A DNA stretch of 64,000 nt from Octopus sinensis (lineage: Eukaryota): positions 116,498,001 to 116,562,000 of the forward strand of contig NC_042999.1 of assembly GCF_006345805.1 (NCBI RefSeq). Reading direction: 5' to 3'. Below are positions 27,542-40,284 of this stretch, piece after piece. The notes below the pieces were generated by a model. The model was not told the origin of the DNA, made no database searches, and was given only the letters and a program-made list of their open reading frames with translations. The position numbers and the translations under genes were made by a program. Positions within the stretch are counted from its first letter, which is position 1; each line of letters opens with the position of its first letter.

Positions 27542-27579
<38 letters not shown>

Positions 27580-27582
<3 letters not shown>

Positions 27583-27783
27583 TCCAAACATGAACAAAGA
27601 GAAATTACAACAACGCGAGGACATGGAACAAGTATAGTGTTATTGGACGCTCAGGAAAGGAAAGAAAGAAGAGGATTTAACGTTTCGAGCGGAGCTCTTC
27701 GTCAGAAACATAGAAAAAGGAAAGGTCCAAGGAAGGGAAGATGGAGCAAGAAAATCGCCAACGATACACACGCGGTCGCATAT
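27580..27783 (-). mobile_element. Penelope-like terminal repeat fragment (copy 2)
   Basis: Near-identical to 24897-25093 and abuts (TA)n. Confidence 0.65.
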
Positions 27784-29076
27784 TGAAAAAAGAAATATAT
27801 ATGTATATAGATATATAAATCTTTTGTTAAATATATTCAATGAGAATATTATATACTGAAATTATATTGAGTGCTCAATTGTATCAAAGTATTAATACTA
27901 TTAAAGTATTTATATATTTAATACGAGCGATATATACATATATATTTTTTAATAATTTATTATTATTAACATTAGAAAATCAATATCAAAACTCCTCAGA
28001 AAGATATACACTTGTGAAAATAGTTGTTGTTTTAAAAAATATAAATAAATAAATAAATAAATATAAATATGTGTAAAAATATATGTAAATATGTATAAGT
28101 ATAAATATATAATGTATATGACAGTTTAAAATTTTTGAAGTAAATCTCATGGTGTGAAGAATCAACACATGCAGGTGAAACCAACACAACATGCGGTTCT
28201 AATGGTAACAAGCTGTTAATGCTCCGCTGTTAATTGGCTAAAATTACCCAAATTTTCCAGCTTTAATTCCAAATAACATCAGATTCTTTAATTTACGAGA
28301 TTAAATAGGTTGATCGTAATCGAAATTCAGAGTAGTATCGATACACCAAAATTGAAAGCAATCTGAGCAAAATTAAAGGGGCTCATTTTGCAAATGAAAA
28401 AGACTAGATCCGTTGTTATTTTCCTGATTCTTAGTAATAATAGCGGCGGAAGCAATGGCGGTTACAGCCGAAACTTTGTCCCAGTGTGTAAGAACGACAT
28501 TCATGTTGTGACAGAACTCTAACAACCGTAACTAAAGGTGAAAATTTCCTCTGACCTGTTTGTAAGAAGCAGCCGACAGCAAAAGAAACTAATCGACAGT
28601 ATGAAAATAATGTCTTGAAAGGGCATTTATTTCCTGTTTGAGTATGTGTTGCTGCCTTTACTGGTACGGGTTTTGTGGCGATGAATGGTGTATCAGCTGT
28701 GTTCGTGAGATAATTATAGTTATGTTGGTGATGGTGGTAGTAATGAGAGGATGGTGACGGCGTTCTTAGTTATGGTCGTAGTGGTAGTGGTAGTGGTGGT
28801 GGCGATTGAGTAACTGATGCTGCTGGAAAATGATGAGATAATGATATTTTCATTGTTACTCTTATTGCTGTTGTGCTGTCTGCTGTTGGTGATGATATTT
28901 GTGATGTATCGGCTTTAGCTGCTAATGCTGATGTTGAACTCATAGAAGTGGTGTGATAATGGCGATACTAAAGACGGTATATAAAACAATGGTAATAGAA
29001 CTAGAATTGATAGCGGTGACTGTGATGGCGCTATGTTGAAAGTGATGGCGATGACTGTTACAAAGTGTGTGTGTGT

Positions 29077-29122
<46 letters not shown>

Positions 29123-29256
29123 TGGTGTGTGTGTGTATGTGGGTGTGTGTGTGTTAGTTTTGTTCCAGTTATTGTCGGCGTCAGTTTGAGATGGATTCGT
29201 AATGTAGATCAGTGGTTCTTTTGGGGTTCCATATAACATTTCATTGTTAAAATTTA

Positions 29257-29555
29257 TACTCTTTTACTTGCTTCAGTCATGTGACTGTGGCCATGCTGGA
29301 GCACCGCCTTTAGTCGAGCAAATCGACCCCAGGACTTAATCTTTGTAAGCCTAGTACTTATTCTATCGGGCTCTTTTGCCGAACCGCTAAGTTACGGGGA
29401 CGTAAACACACCGGCATCGGTTGTCAAGCGATGTTGGGGGGACAAACGCAGACACACAAACATACACACACACATACATACATACATACATACATACATA
29501 CATACATACATACATACATAACATACTACATATATATATATATATAATATATTAT

Positions 29556-29600
<45 letters not shown>

Positions 29601-29763
29601 GACGGGCTTCTTTCAGTTTCTGTCTAAGAAATCCACTCACAAGGCTTTGGTCGGCCCAAAGCTATAGTTGATGACTCTTGCCCAAGGTTCCACGCAGTGG
29701 GACTGAACCCAGAACAATGTGGTTGGTAAGCAAGCTACTTACTACACAACCACTCCTACACCT
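29257..29763 (-). mobile_element. SINE family A
   Basis: Same family, with an expanded internal microsatellite. Confidence 0.88.
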
Positions 29764-31369
29764 ATAAATTGGTTCTACTTCAACAATACTCAAAATATTT
29801 TAACAATTTTTTAAATACAGTTCCAAAGAATATTTAGTTATAAAAGTGTAACCGGATTTTTAAATCAGCGAATGGCTATGTGGATCCACCAGAAAAAAAT
29901 AGGAATCAAAAAGGGCTCATCGACAATAAAACGGTTTAGAATCACTGATATAAATGGTAAGGTGATGGTGGTAGTAGCAAGGGTTAGTTGCTGAATGGTG
30001 CAGTTCCCTCTGGCTTACATTATCCAATGTGTTCTGGTAGGATCCAATTTGATATAGATTTGGCAGCTATTTCTGATAAATATTTTGAGTAATTTTTGTT
30101 GTTATTGCTCAGCCTCAGCCTCAGAATAACCTTAATTAAACAGACTTATAATGAAAGACATGAGATTCCCGTAATTTTTTTGAGAGGTCACTTAAATTAT
30201 AAATAATAAATCGACCCCAGTGTTTATTCTTAAGTTTGATATTTATTCTAAATTACGACGACGTAGGCAAACCAATATCGGTTGTTAGATGGTGATGGGG
30301 AAACACAAACACTCACACATATACCAGACGGGCTTCCTTACAGTTTCCATGTATCAAAGGTATTCACAAAGCATTGATTGATCCGGAGCTGTAACGGAAA
30401 AGACTCACATAAAGCGTCACGCAGTGGGACTATCATCATCCATGATCATTTAATTTTCGAAGTCTATGAGATAAGTAGAAGGATGGAAGGATATTATCAA
30501 TAAACTGAAGACTTTATTCGAAAATGTGCAGTAGAGTGAAACCCGCTTAAGTCATTCAAGGGCAGTAGATGGTGTTCAACCGGGCAACACATTAAGTATG
30601 TTGTTTAGCCGTCGGTCAATCCTAATCGTGCTGGCTTAAGAAACAAAACTATTCCAGCATCGATTTTCAGACAACTGTCTATGATAATCCTTTCTACTAT
30701 AGGCACAAGGCCTGAATTTCGGGGAAAGGGAACGAGTTGATTACATCGACCCTAGTGTGTAACTGGTACTGGATCTAGTTTTTTTTTTTCATTCGAAAAC
30801 TATACATTTTTTAAAAGGAAGTGAAAAAATCTGAAAATCGGCTATAGTAAATGTAGTCTTCCAGTCTCATTGCAATGGAGATATGATGTTGTGGAGGAAA
30901 AAAAAAAACTGGAGGAAAAAGTACTTAGTTTATCGACCTCGAAATGCAAAGTCGACTGCAGCGGCATTTGAACTCAGAACACGAAGACAGACGAAATACC
31001 GCTAATTACTTCGTCCGGCATGCTAACGATTCTGCCGCCTTTAAGTGTTTATGACAATGGTGGTGTGAGGACACTGCTATTAAGGTTTGTGATAATATAA
31101 GTCTGATGGTGTTACTGTTTAGTCGGGCCAGTTAAAGAAGAAAAATAAACTATAATCAAAAGCGTTCTATCCGTAACCATCCAGTCTTATTTTTCAGTTA
31201 CAACGTGTTTAGGATTACATTATTCAATACATTATCCCATTTTTTTTTAAGTAGTAAGATTCTGATTTGAATGAGATTAGACTTCTATATCTAGCCTGTC
31301 GGAAGGTCGCTTATAGGTTCTCTTGTTGGTACGAAGTTATTTTGTCACTGGGTGTAGTCGTGTGAATTT

Positions 31370-31415
<46 letters not shown>

Positions 31416-31416
<1 letters not shown>

Positions 31417-31519
31417 GGTGCAGGAGTGACTGACCACATGGTTTCGGGTTCAGTCTCATTGCGGGCCGACCAAAGCCTTGCGAACGGACTTCGTCGATGG
31501 AAACTGAAAGAAATCCTTC

Positions 31520-31576
<57 letters not shown>

Positions 31577-31855
31577 CATACAAGCATATATATATGTGTG
31601 TGTGTGCGTGTGTGTTTGTATGTGTCTGTGTGTGTTTATCTATGTTGTACGTCTTTGTGTCTGTGTTTATCCGCCCCTCCCTCATCACCCCGCTTTGTGA
31701 CTGGTGTTGGTGTGTTTACGTCGCCGTAACTTTGCAATGTGGCAAAACCGACCGATAGAATAAGTACTAGGCCTTTCAAAAAAGTCCTAGGGTCGATTTG
31801 TTCAAGGAGATGCTCCAGTATGGCTACAGACAAATGACTGAAACAAATAAAAGAT
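31416..31855 (+). mobile_element. SINE family A
   Basis: Same family, between (CTA)n and (TAG)n tracts. Confidence 0.85.
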
Positions 31856-31896
31856 TACTACAACTTCTACTACTACTGCTACTAGTTCTAGTAGTG

Positions 31897-31961
<65 letters not shown>

Positions 31962-32119
31962 TAGTAGTAGTAGTACACTTAATAAGATGGTGGTGGTAGA
32001 GATGGTGTTGTAGGTTTTCAGTTGTAATGATGATTGCGGAGAATAGTGGGTGGGGATGAATACTCGGATTGTTTTTTTTCCTTCTCTCACTGTTAACTCA
32101 TTCCCACCAAATTCGTTTA

Positions 32120-32313
32120 CCATTTCTTCTTCTTCTTCTTTTTCTTCTTTTTTCTTCTTTTCTTCTTCTTCTTCTTCTTCTTTTTCTTCTTCTTCTCTTC
32201 TCTTCTTCTTCTTCCTTCCTTTTCTTCTTTTTCTTCTTCTTCTTCATCGTTGCCGTCGTCATCATCATCATCATCACTAGCACTACACCACAACCACCAC
32301 CACCACCACCATC

Positions 32314-32345
<32 letters not shown>

Positions 32346-32829
32346 CAACAACAGCAGCAGCAACAAAAACTACTGCTGCTACTACTACTACTACTACAAC
32401 TACTACTGCTAATTCGTCTTATGTCTTTTCTTCTTTCTTTTTGTGTTCCTTTCGTTTTCTTTTTCCATTTCCAACCTAACCCACTCCACCATCATCACAT
32501 CAACAACAACAACAGCATCAGCAACAACAAAAACGATGGCATATATCATTACTATTACAACAACAACAACAACAATACTAACACCATCATTTCTAGTCTT
32601 TCTACTGCAGCCATTTTCTTCCCTTCTTCCCCTTCCCTTTTGGGTCGAGCAACAAGTTCGTTTATTTATTCCTGTTACACCTCTTTTTGTTTTTTGATAA
32701 TTTCCCACCACCCTTCTTTTTTGTTTCCTCCTTTCCCCCTTCACACATCCAACTGGTTTGCTTCTTCTCACATTCCTCCTTCTCCTCTCCCTCTTCTTTG
32801 GAAATCATTATTTCCCAAACACTCTCTCC

Positions 32830-32866
<37 letters not shown>

Positions 32867-33300
32867 CTGTCTGTTTCCCCACCGTCACAATTTTACTTAC
32901 AGTCCTCCCCTTCCTCTTGCTACACCTCTCTGCTTATCCTTTACCTTCTTACACATTTCCGTCTTTCTTTTCCCCCTCTCTATCCATCCTCACTCTGCCT
33001 ACTACTTACTTATCTTACACACCAACTCAAAACTTTTTCTTACATACTCCCTCTCTTCCTTCTTCTCTCGCTTTCCTTCCCACCGTAATCTCCTCCTCCT
33101 CATCCACCTTCTACTCCTACTCCTATTTCATCGTATTTCCTTGTCTTATCTTTTATTATTATTATTATTTTCCTGCTTTTACTTTTTCTCATTTCTACGC
33201 ATTCTCCGCTTCCTCCTACCTCAACAAACTCCTGTTGTTCTCATTCTCCCCTCCCTGTCTCATTTCTTTCCTAAACTCCACCTTTTTTTCTTAACATTCA
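32120..33300. repeat. Compound trinucleotide repeats followed by a long pyrimidine-rich low-complexity tract
   Basis: TTC, CAT, CAC, CAA and CTA blocks, then ~700 bp with very few G on the + strand. Confidence 0.85.
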
Positions 33301-33929
33301 CCTTGACGCTCAACAAAACCCAACACTCCCCAGTCAATTACCTCAATAAACTCTACCAAACACCTCGGTTGCTAACACAGCCCTACAGTTATTTCTTGAA
33401 AAATCCCTGTATTACAAAGTCAGTCTTATGTATTGTATTTTATCGTCTGCAAGCAGTTGCTACAGCCGTTGTTGTTGCTACTGTTTAGCCCTAGGAAATC
33501 CTTCATTGAAAAGACCCATGATCAGCTGCGACCATTTTGTCTTTATTGCACTCAATATCTACCTAGAATTTCATTAACGAATGTATCTTTTTCTAGGACT
33601 ACAGGGTATAAGTTTTAGAGATTTGGTTGCTATTTCTAGCAGACTGAACAATTATGTTGAGGTTAATATCTTCTCGTTGGCTTGTATGGAATATAAAACA
33701 ATAGTATTTTTCTTATATGAAAACAACGACGATGAAAGAGCTTAAAACTTCTGGGCATATGTTAATAACATTTAATATACTTTATGTAGATTGGAATCAA
33801 ATTGATTATACAGTATCACTTTCTCACGAAAACACTTGGGCAGTTGTATCAGCGTAAAAAATGAATAGACAAGAAGTTAGAGAAAAATAGATACTAAAAA
33901 GGAGGGAAGGTTGTAAGATATCTACCTAC

Positions 33930-34025
<96 letters not shown>

Positions 34026-34055
34026 GTCTGTGTGTATATGTGTAGTGTGTGTTGT

Positions 34056-34102
<47 letters not shown>

Positions 34103-35050
34103 GTTATATATGTGGTGTGTGTGTGTGTGTGTGGTGTCTTCTGTCTTTGTGTATGTGTTTGTCTCCCTATCATTGTGACAACCCGTGTTGGCTTGTTTAC
34201 ATACCCGTAACTTATCTGTTCGGCAAAAGAGACAGATAAAATTATTACCAAAGCTTAAAAAAGATTAGTGGGGTTGATTCGTTCGGCTAAACCCTTCACG
34301 GCAGTTCCCCAGCATGGCCACAGTCCAATGACAGAAAGAAATAAGGGGTAAGAGATATGTATATAATCGGAGTTATCTTACATTTTAATTTTTTATTTCA
34401 TCTAGTTTCAGCTCACGAGCTGTGGCCACGCTGGGGCACTGCCAAGGACAGACAGAGTGATTAAGTCGATTGCATCGACCCCAGTGCATAACTACATAAC
34501 TAGTACTTATTTAATCGACCCCGAAAGGCAAAGTTGACTTCGGCGGAATTTGAACTCAGAACGTAACGGCAGACGAAATACTGCTAAGCATTCCGTCCGC
34601 CGTGCTAACGATTCTGCCAATTGTTCAGACTGACCATTTCCAACATGTCCATTCCCATCAGTACCGATACGAAGCGTGAGCCGACGAATCTCTGAAATCC
34701 TGAAAATAACGTTTCGCAACTTATTTTTCAGTAAACCAATTATACTAACCAAGTTAAGCATACAGAACCAGATTCAGTTCGATTAATAGTATAATAATTT
34801 TTTTAGAAATTGATTTCATAAGCAAATTTTGGCTTAAAACTTTTGGTACAAGGCCAGAATTATTATTAAATTTTGATTCATATCAATGAAACAGATGAAT
34901 GAGAGCTTCTCAAAAGTTTTTGCAGATTAATTTTATCATATATGGAGAAGAAATGTTAAGAAAATTTAAAGGTGAAAATGCATTTGAAAAAGCAAAACGA
35001 TTGGTTTTATAACTATACATTAGTGTGTGTATGCGAGAGTATAATATACA

Positions 35051-35081
<31 letters not shown>

Positions 35082-35083
<2 letters not shown>

Positions 35084-35246
35084 GATAAGGAAATAATTTT
35101 GTTCTCAAACGCAGGATAATGTTAATAATATAGCATGAACAGGATAAACTATCCATATTTTTCTGCAAAATATGGATAATTTATCCTGTTCATGCTATAT
35201 TATTAGCATCATCCTGCGTTTGAGAGCAAAATTATTTCCTTATCTG
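35082..35246. mobile_element. Near-perfect palindromic MITE (165 bp)
   Basis: ~80-bp arms starting CAGATAAGGAAATAATTTTG with few mismatches and a ~5-nt loop. TA on the right, CA on the left. Confidence 0.9.
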
Positions 35247-35386
35247 TATCTCAACGCTTCTAAAAGAAAACTTTAATGACTTTCAACGTAAGTTGAATTT
35301 AATGTGTGTGTGTGTATTTACATACACACACACACACATATATACATACACACACACACACACACACACACACCACACACACACAC

Positions 35387-35437
<51 letters not shown>

Positions 35438-35651
35438 TATATACATACAACACACACACACGTACATATATATGCACATATATATAGAGATATAGATGTA
35501 GATGTACGCGCAAATACAAATATTTGTATCAATGTATGATGTATGTATGTATGCATGTTTGTAATGATACTTCTGTCTAATCTCTCAACTCACCAATCTA
35601 TCTATAGATCTATCTCTGTCTCTGACAATTTGTTTGTTTGTCTGCCTATCT

Positions 35652-35724
<73 letters not shown>

Positions 35725-35789
35725 ATCTACCTATCTATCTATCTATCTATCTATCTATATCTATCTATCTATCTAATATCTATCTATCT

Positions 35790-35874
<85 letters not shown>

Positions 35875-35875
35875 A

Positions 35876-35906
<31 letters not shown>

Positions 35907-36473
35907 TAAACTTCTACGTCTATGTTCTATCTATCTGTCTATCCATATGTACGTCTGTCGCTATATGAAGACAACGAAGCACTTCAAATGGTTGTGAAAG
36001 TTAACAGTTATGCCAGGGAAATGATATACTATATTTAGAGTGGTAAACTATTCTCTCTAACGTCAGCATTAGGGTAGGTAATACTAGCCTACAGGTTGGA
36101 CTTGCTAGTCTTTATAATCTGTTCGCTGGCGACTAAATGCTAACACTTATTGTCACGCATGCGCGTACAATGTTCACTAAATAACGTACTCGCGAATCGC
36201 ACGTTTGTATTCTATTATACTTTTGTTTCAGTTATTTGACTATAGCCATGCTGTAGCACCGCCCTGACGGGTGTTAGTCGAGCAAATTGACTTATTTTTA
36301 AGTCTTAGAACATATTCTATTTGCCTCTTTTTGCTGCACCACTAAGTTACGCAGATGTAAACACACCAACACCGGTTGTCAAGCGGCGACGGCGTGACAA
36401 ACACAGACACATGCATACATACATACATACATACATACATACATACATACATACATACATACATACATACAAA

Positions 36474-36868
36474 CGCAGGAGTGGCTGTGTGGTAAGAAGC
36501 TTGCTTCCCAACCACATTGTTTTGAGTTCACTCCAGCTGCATCGGGCCGACTAAAGCCTTGTGAGAAACTAAGTAGCCCGTCGTATGTATGTACGTATGC
36601 ATGTATGTATGTATGCATGTATGTATGTATGTATGTGTGTGTGTGTATGGTTGTATATATGTATTTGTGTGTCTGTGCTTGTCCACCCACCATCGCTTGA
36701 CAACCGATGTTGGTGTGTTTACGCCCCCGTAACTTAGCGGTTCGACAAAAGAAACCGATAAAATAAGTACTAGGCTTACAAAGAATAAGCCCTGGGGTCG
36801 ATTTGTTCGACTAAAGACGGTTCTCTAGCATGGTCGCAGTCAAATGACTAAAACAGATAAAAGAATCT
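36474..36868 (+). mobile_element. SINE family A, back-to-back with a minus-strand 3' half at 36220-36410
   Basis: Same family. Confidence 0.85.
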
Positions 36869-37551
36869 ATCTATCTATCTATCTGTCTATCTATCTAACT
36901 ATCTCTCTCTCTCTCTCTCATCTTTATTGCTGAAAAGAAAGAAACTGCAGTCTGAGAATTACCGGTTTAGTAAATGTTTTTATTCATTTCACTTAATATC
37001 AAGCTTCTGTATTCTAGCACGTATTTCGCCTTAATGTACTGATATATGAAAAATATATGGCTTGTGTTAGTATACCAGCGATTATAATTATTTTATTTTA
37101 TCGCAATTTGATTGTTTACATATTTCTCGATAAATTATGAGCGCCAGGCGAATACCAGAATTCCCTAGTGTTGTCGGGACGTTCGGAGTCTGCGCAGTGA
37201 TATGATTAGTTAGGGAGAGTAAATCATTAGACGCACATGCTTCTAGTGAGTTAGGATCCCAGAAAAACAGGGTCTCACTGAGAGAATTCTCCCTGGGCAA
37301 ATAAATTATCTTTATTGCTGAAAAAAGAACTCAGAAAGCAGTCTGAGAATTACGGGTTAGTAAATGTTTTTATCTTCATTTCACTTAATTTATCAAGCTT
37401 CTGTATTCCTAGCACGTATTTCGCCTTAATGTACTGATATATGAAAAATATATGGCTTGTGTTAGTAATACCAGCGATTATAATTATTTTTATTTTGTCG
37501 CAATTTGATTTGTTATATATATATATATAGTATATATATATATATATATAG

Positions 37552-37748
37552 TTAATCCAAACATGAAAATACAAAAGAAAACACAACAAAACGCGAGGAC
37601 GTGGAACAAGTATAGTGTATGGACCGCTCTGGGAAGGAAAGAAAGGAGGATTTAACGTTTCGAGCGGAGCTCTTCATCAGAAACATAGAAAAGGAAAGAT
37701 CCAAGGAAAGGAAGACGGAGGAAAAATCGCCAACGCTACACACGCAGT
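37552..37748 (-). mobile_element. Penelope-like terminal repeat fragment (copy 3)
   Basis: Near-identical to the other two copies, with (TA)n on both sides. Confidence 0.65.
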
Positions 37749-39057
37749 ATATATATATATATATATAATTTTCAAATGAGTTCCTTGCGGTTTATTTGAA
37801 ACAAAAAAATTCCTAAACCTTTCAACAGCAACCTTTCTCGACTTTCATCTCACCTTAGTCTCATCTTTAGAATGAAGTAATATTGAAGTATGCTGGTAAC
37901 TTTTGATAGCATTTAAAGTCAATGTGATTGGTGTTTATATTATAGCAGGAAGTTGAATTTTGACAGTAAGATTTACTTGACATCACTCGGAATTTTATTA
38001 TTGTCTGTGACTAGTGTAGAAGTAGATGTTTCCTCCATTTTTAATTTAACATTGTGCTATGTTTTTAGCATTGATTCCATCGTTATTCATCTATTTTTTA
38101 GAAGAATTCTGTGGAGTATAGAGGTATTGTTCACTAATGTTTTCCTATCCAATTTAATTTTGCATTGTGATGTAGTGCATTGCAAGTAGCACCTACTGCA
38201 CGAGCATGGTGAGCTGGTGTATAAAGGTCGTAATTGTCGGACTAATATAACTGTTGAAGTCGTGAAGTTTATAACTTTCACATTATTACTAGCTTTTCCG
38301 TAAATTTACATCTTTGTGGTTTGTTATGAATAAGAAAGTTTCTATCGGCCAATCACACCTGTTTTACAACAAGTGTGATTAGCAAATGAGTGTATAGGAG
38401 TGACGTGGGTTTTTGAGGCCAACACCGAAAAAGAAAAATTGAAAACCTTGAAATTTTTAAACTTAACTGTTTTATGCCACCTCATTTTCACGATAATTCA
38501 GCGTCCCTTCGCGGTTCCCTTAAAATCGCTTCGCGGTCTCCTAGGGGACCGCTAACCACAGTTTGAGAACTACTGGCCTACACCTATCATATTGCCACTA
38601 CCGGCTATTAAGAAGAAGCACATCACGAAGGAAGGCAGTGTCCATGACCAGTTACAGGCTGCCTGGTAGGATGGAAGGAAGAAGGTATCCTTAACTCGCA
38701 AACTTGACTCGAATGCTTGCGTTAGATGGATTCTGCTTAAGACACGTAAGGTGCGAGATGTTGATGTTAAGCCTGGTGATGAGTTAAATCAACCAACCTG
38801 TGCAATTTCAGGATATGAGCTCAGAACGCAAATAGCTGGGATATATAACTGCAAAGCAACCAGTCCAACGTGACTGCAATTCCGCCATTCCACTGTCTTA
38901 AACTAACCTTTTCTTTTATCGACAAGGAGGAAAGACAAAAACTTTACATTGGCAAGATTTTAATTCAGAGCGGAGACAGTCAAAACAAACAACGCGAAGT
39001 GAACTGTCTGACACTCTTATCAAGAAACATAGAAAAGTATTAATATCACAAAACGTA

Positions 39058-39268
39058 CGAAGGGGTGCAGAAAAGTTCCTGACTTTACTCAAAAGAAAAT
39101 GCAGGGGGATCAATTAATTTTATTCAACATATTCCCCTCCCAAATCCACACACTTATTGCAGTGGTTGTTCAGTTTTTCTAAGACCAGTAAAAGACCTCG
39201 GAAGTTTGGGCCTCCAACCAGGCCTTCCGCGACAACCTTAAAGCCAGGAACTTTTTATCACCCCCTCG
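39058..39268. mobile_element. Mariner-type MITE (211 bp)
   Basis: TIRs CGAAGGGGTGCAGAAAAGTTCCTGACTTTA and CGAGGGGGTGATAAAAAGTTCCTGGCTTTA (reverse complement). TA on both sides. Confidence 0.88.
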
Positions 39269-39933
39269 TAAGACGATAAGAAATTTTACAATAGTATTCT
39301 TCTAATTCCCTGATAGAGGGGCCGATCATAACGGATCAAAACTGCATTTGATAGATGGCAGAAATAATAAATTCTGACTAACGAAAGTTCTAGAAAGACC
39401 AAAAGTATACGCGTTGTTGTTTGTTCCAATTCATATATCATAAATATAAAAAATAATTATTCCTAGTATAAGTACAAGGACTGAAATCTTGTGGGGAGGC
39501 GGCTAGTCCATTACACCGACCCCAGTGCGTAACTAATACTTATTTTATCGACCCCAAAAGTATGAAAAGTATAGACGGCTTCGGCAGAATTTGAACTCAG
39601 GCGGACAAAATGCTACTAAGAATTTTTATCTGGCATGCTAACGATTCTGTCTTCTCAGCATCTTTAAATATAGGAAAAGTACAGACACTTTATTCTTTGT
39701 TCCAGCCTCATCGATTTTTTTTTCAAGTTTCAGTTGAAAAGGAATTTGAGGCTACAGATTCCTTTTAAAATCCTCTTCTGATTTCCCTACCACCTCCTTA
39801 TCCACTCTTTTATTTTTTAATCGCACATTTTTCAATTCACCTAATTAACTTCTATCACAAGAAATGTTTGATAGCGACAGAAGCAGTCTTAATACCAAAA
39901 GTAATCTTGGTCTCCAAATTAATGTGAAGGTTA

Positions 39934-40284
39934 CCTTGAGAGAAACTCTAATAAGGACTCGTGGTGGATAAAAGCACTCGAAATTATATCACTGGCAGAC
40001 GAGAATCGTCTGATACGGTGGTATTCACTATTAATTATTCCTTTAATAAGCCTCTGGCTATCGGTAACACCAGTGCCTGAATAGACACTGAGATTCTATA
40101 TATCGTTGACTGAGGATTCGACTGATGTTGCGGTACTGGACATCTGTCACTGAGGAACCTACAGTAGAGTGAAATCACGTGATCTAGCAGTTCCAGCAGT
40201 CGTAGCAGATGCTTTTTGTCTGTCAACGATATAATTTCGAGAGCTTTTATGTACCATGAGTCCTTCAGAAAGTTTCTCTCAAGG
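39934..40284. mobile_element. TA-flanked element with ~84-bp TIRs enclosing a hammerhead motif
   Basis: Left arm 39934-40017 matches the reverse complement of 40201-40284 (CCTTGAGAGAAACT..AAGGACTC..ATAAAAGC..CTCGAAATTATATC). TA at 39932-33 and 40285-86. Confidence 0.85.
40136..40196 (+). ncRNA. Type I hammerhead motif, AUC triplet
   Basis: CUGGA-CAU-CUGUCA-CUGAGGA-ACCUACAGUAGAGU-GAAA-UCACGUGA-UC-UAGCAG-U-UCCAG. Confidence 0.7.

Noticed and set aside
32250-33488. 412-aa ORF
   Set aside because: It stays open only because the strand is G-poor low-complexity repeat; no domain or codon structure.
34715-34735. Minus-strand CTGAAAAATAAGTTGCGAAACGTT
   Set aside because: The core lacks G8 and stem II is unpaired.
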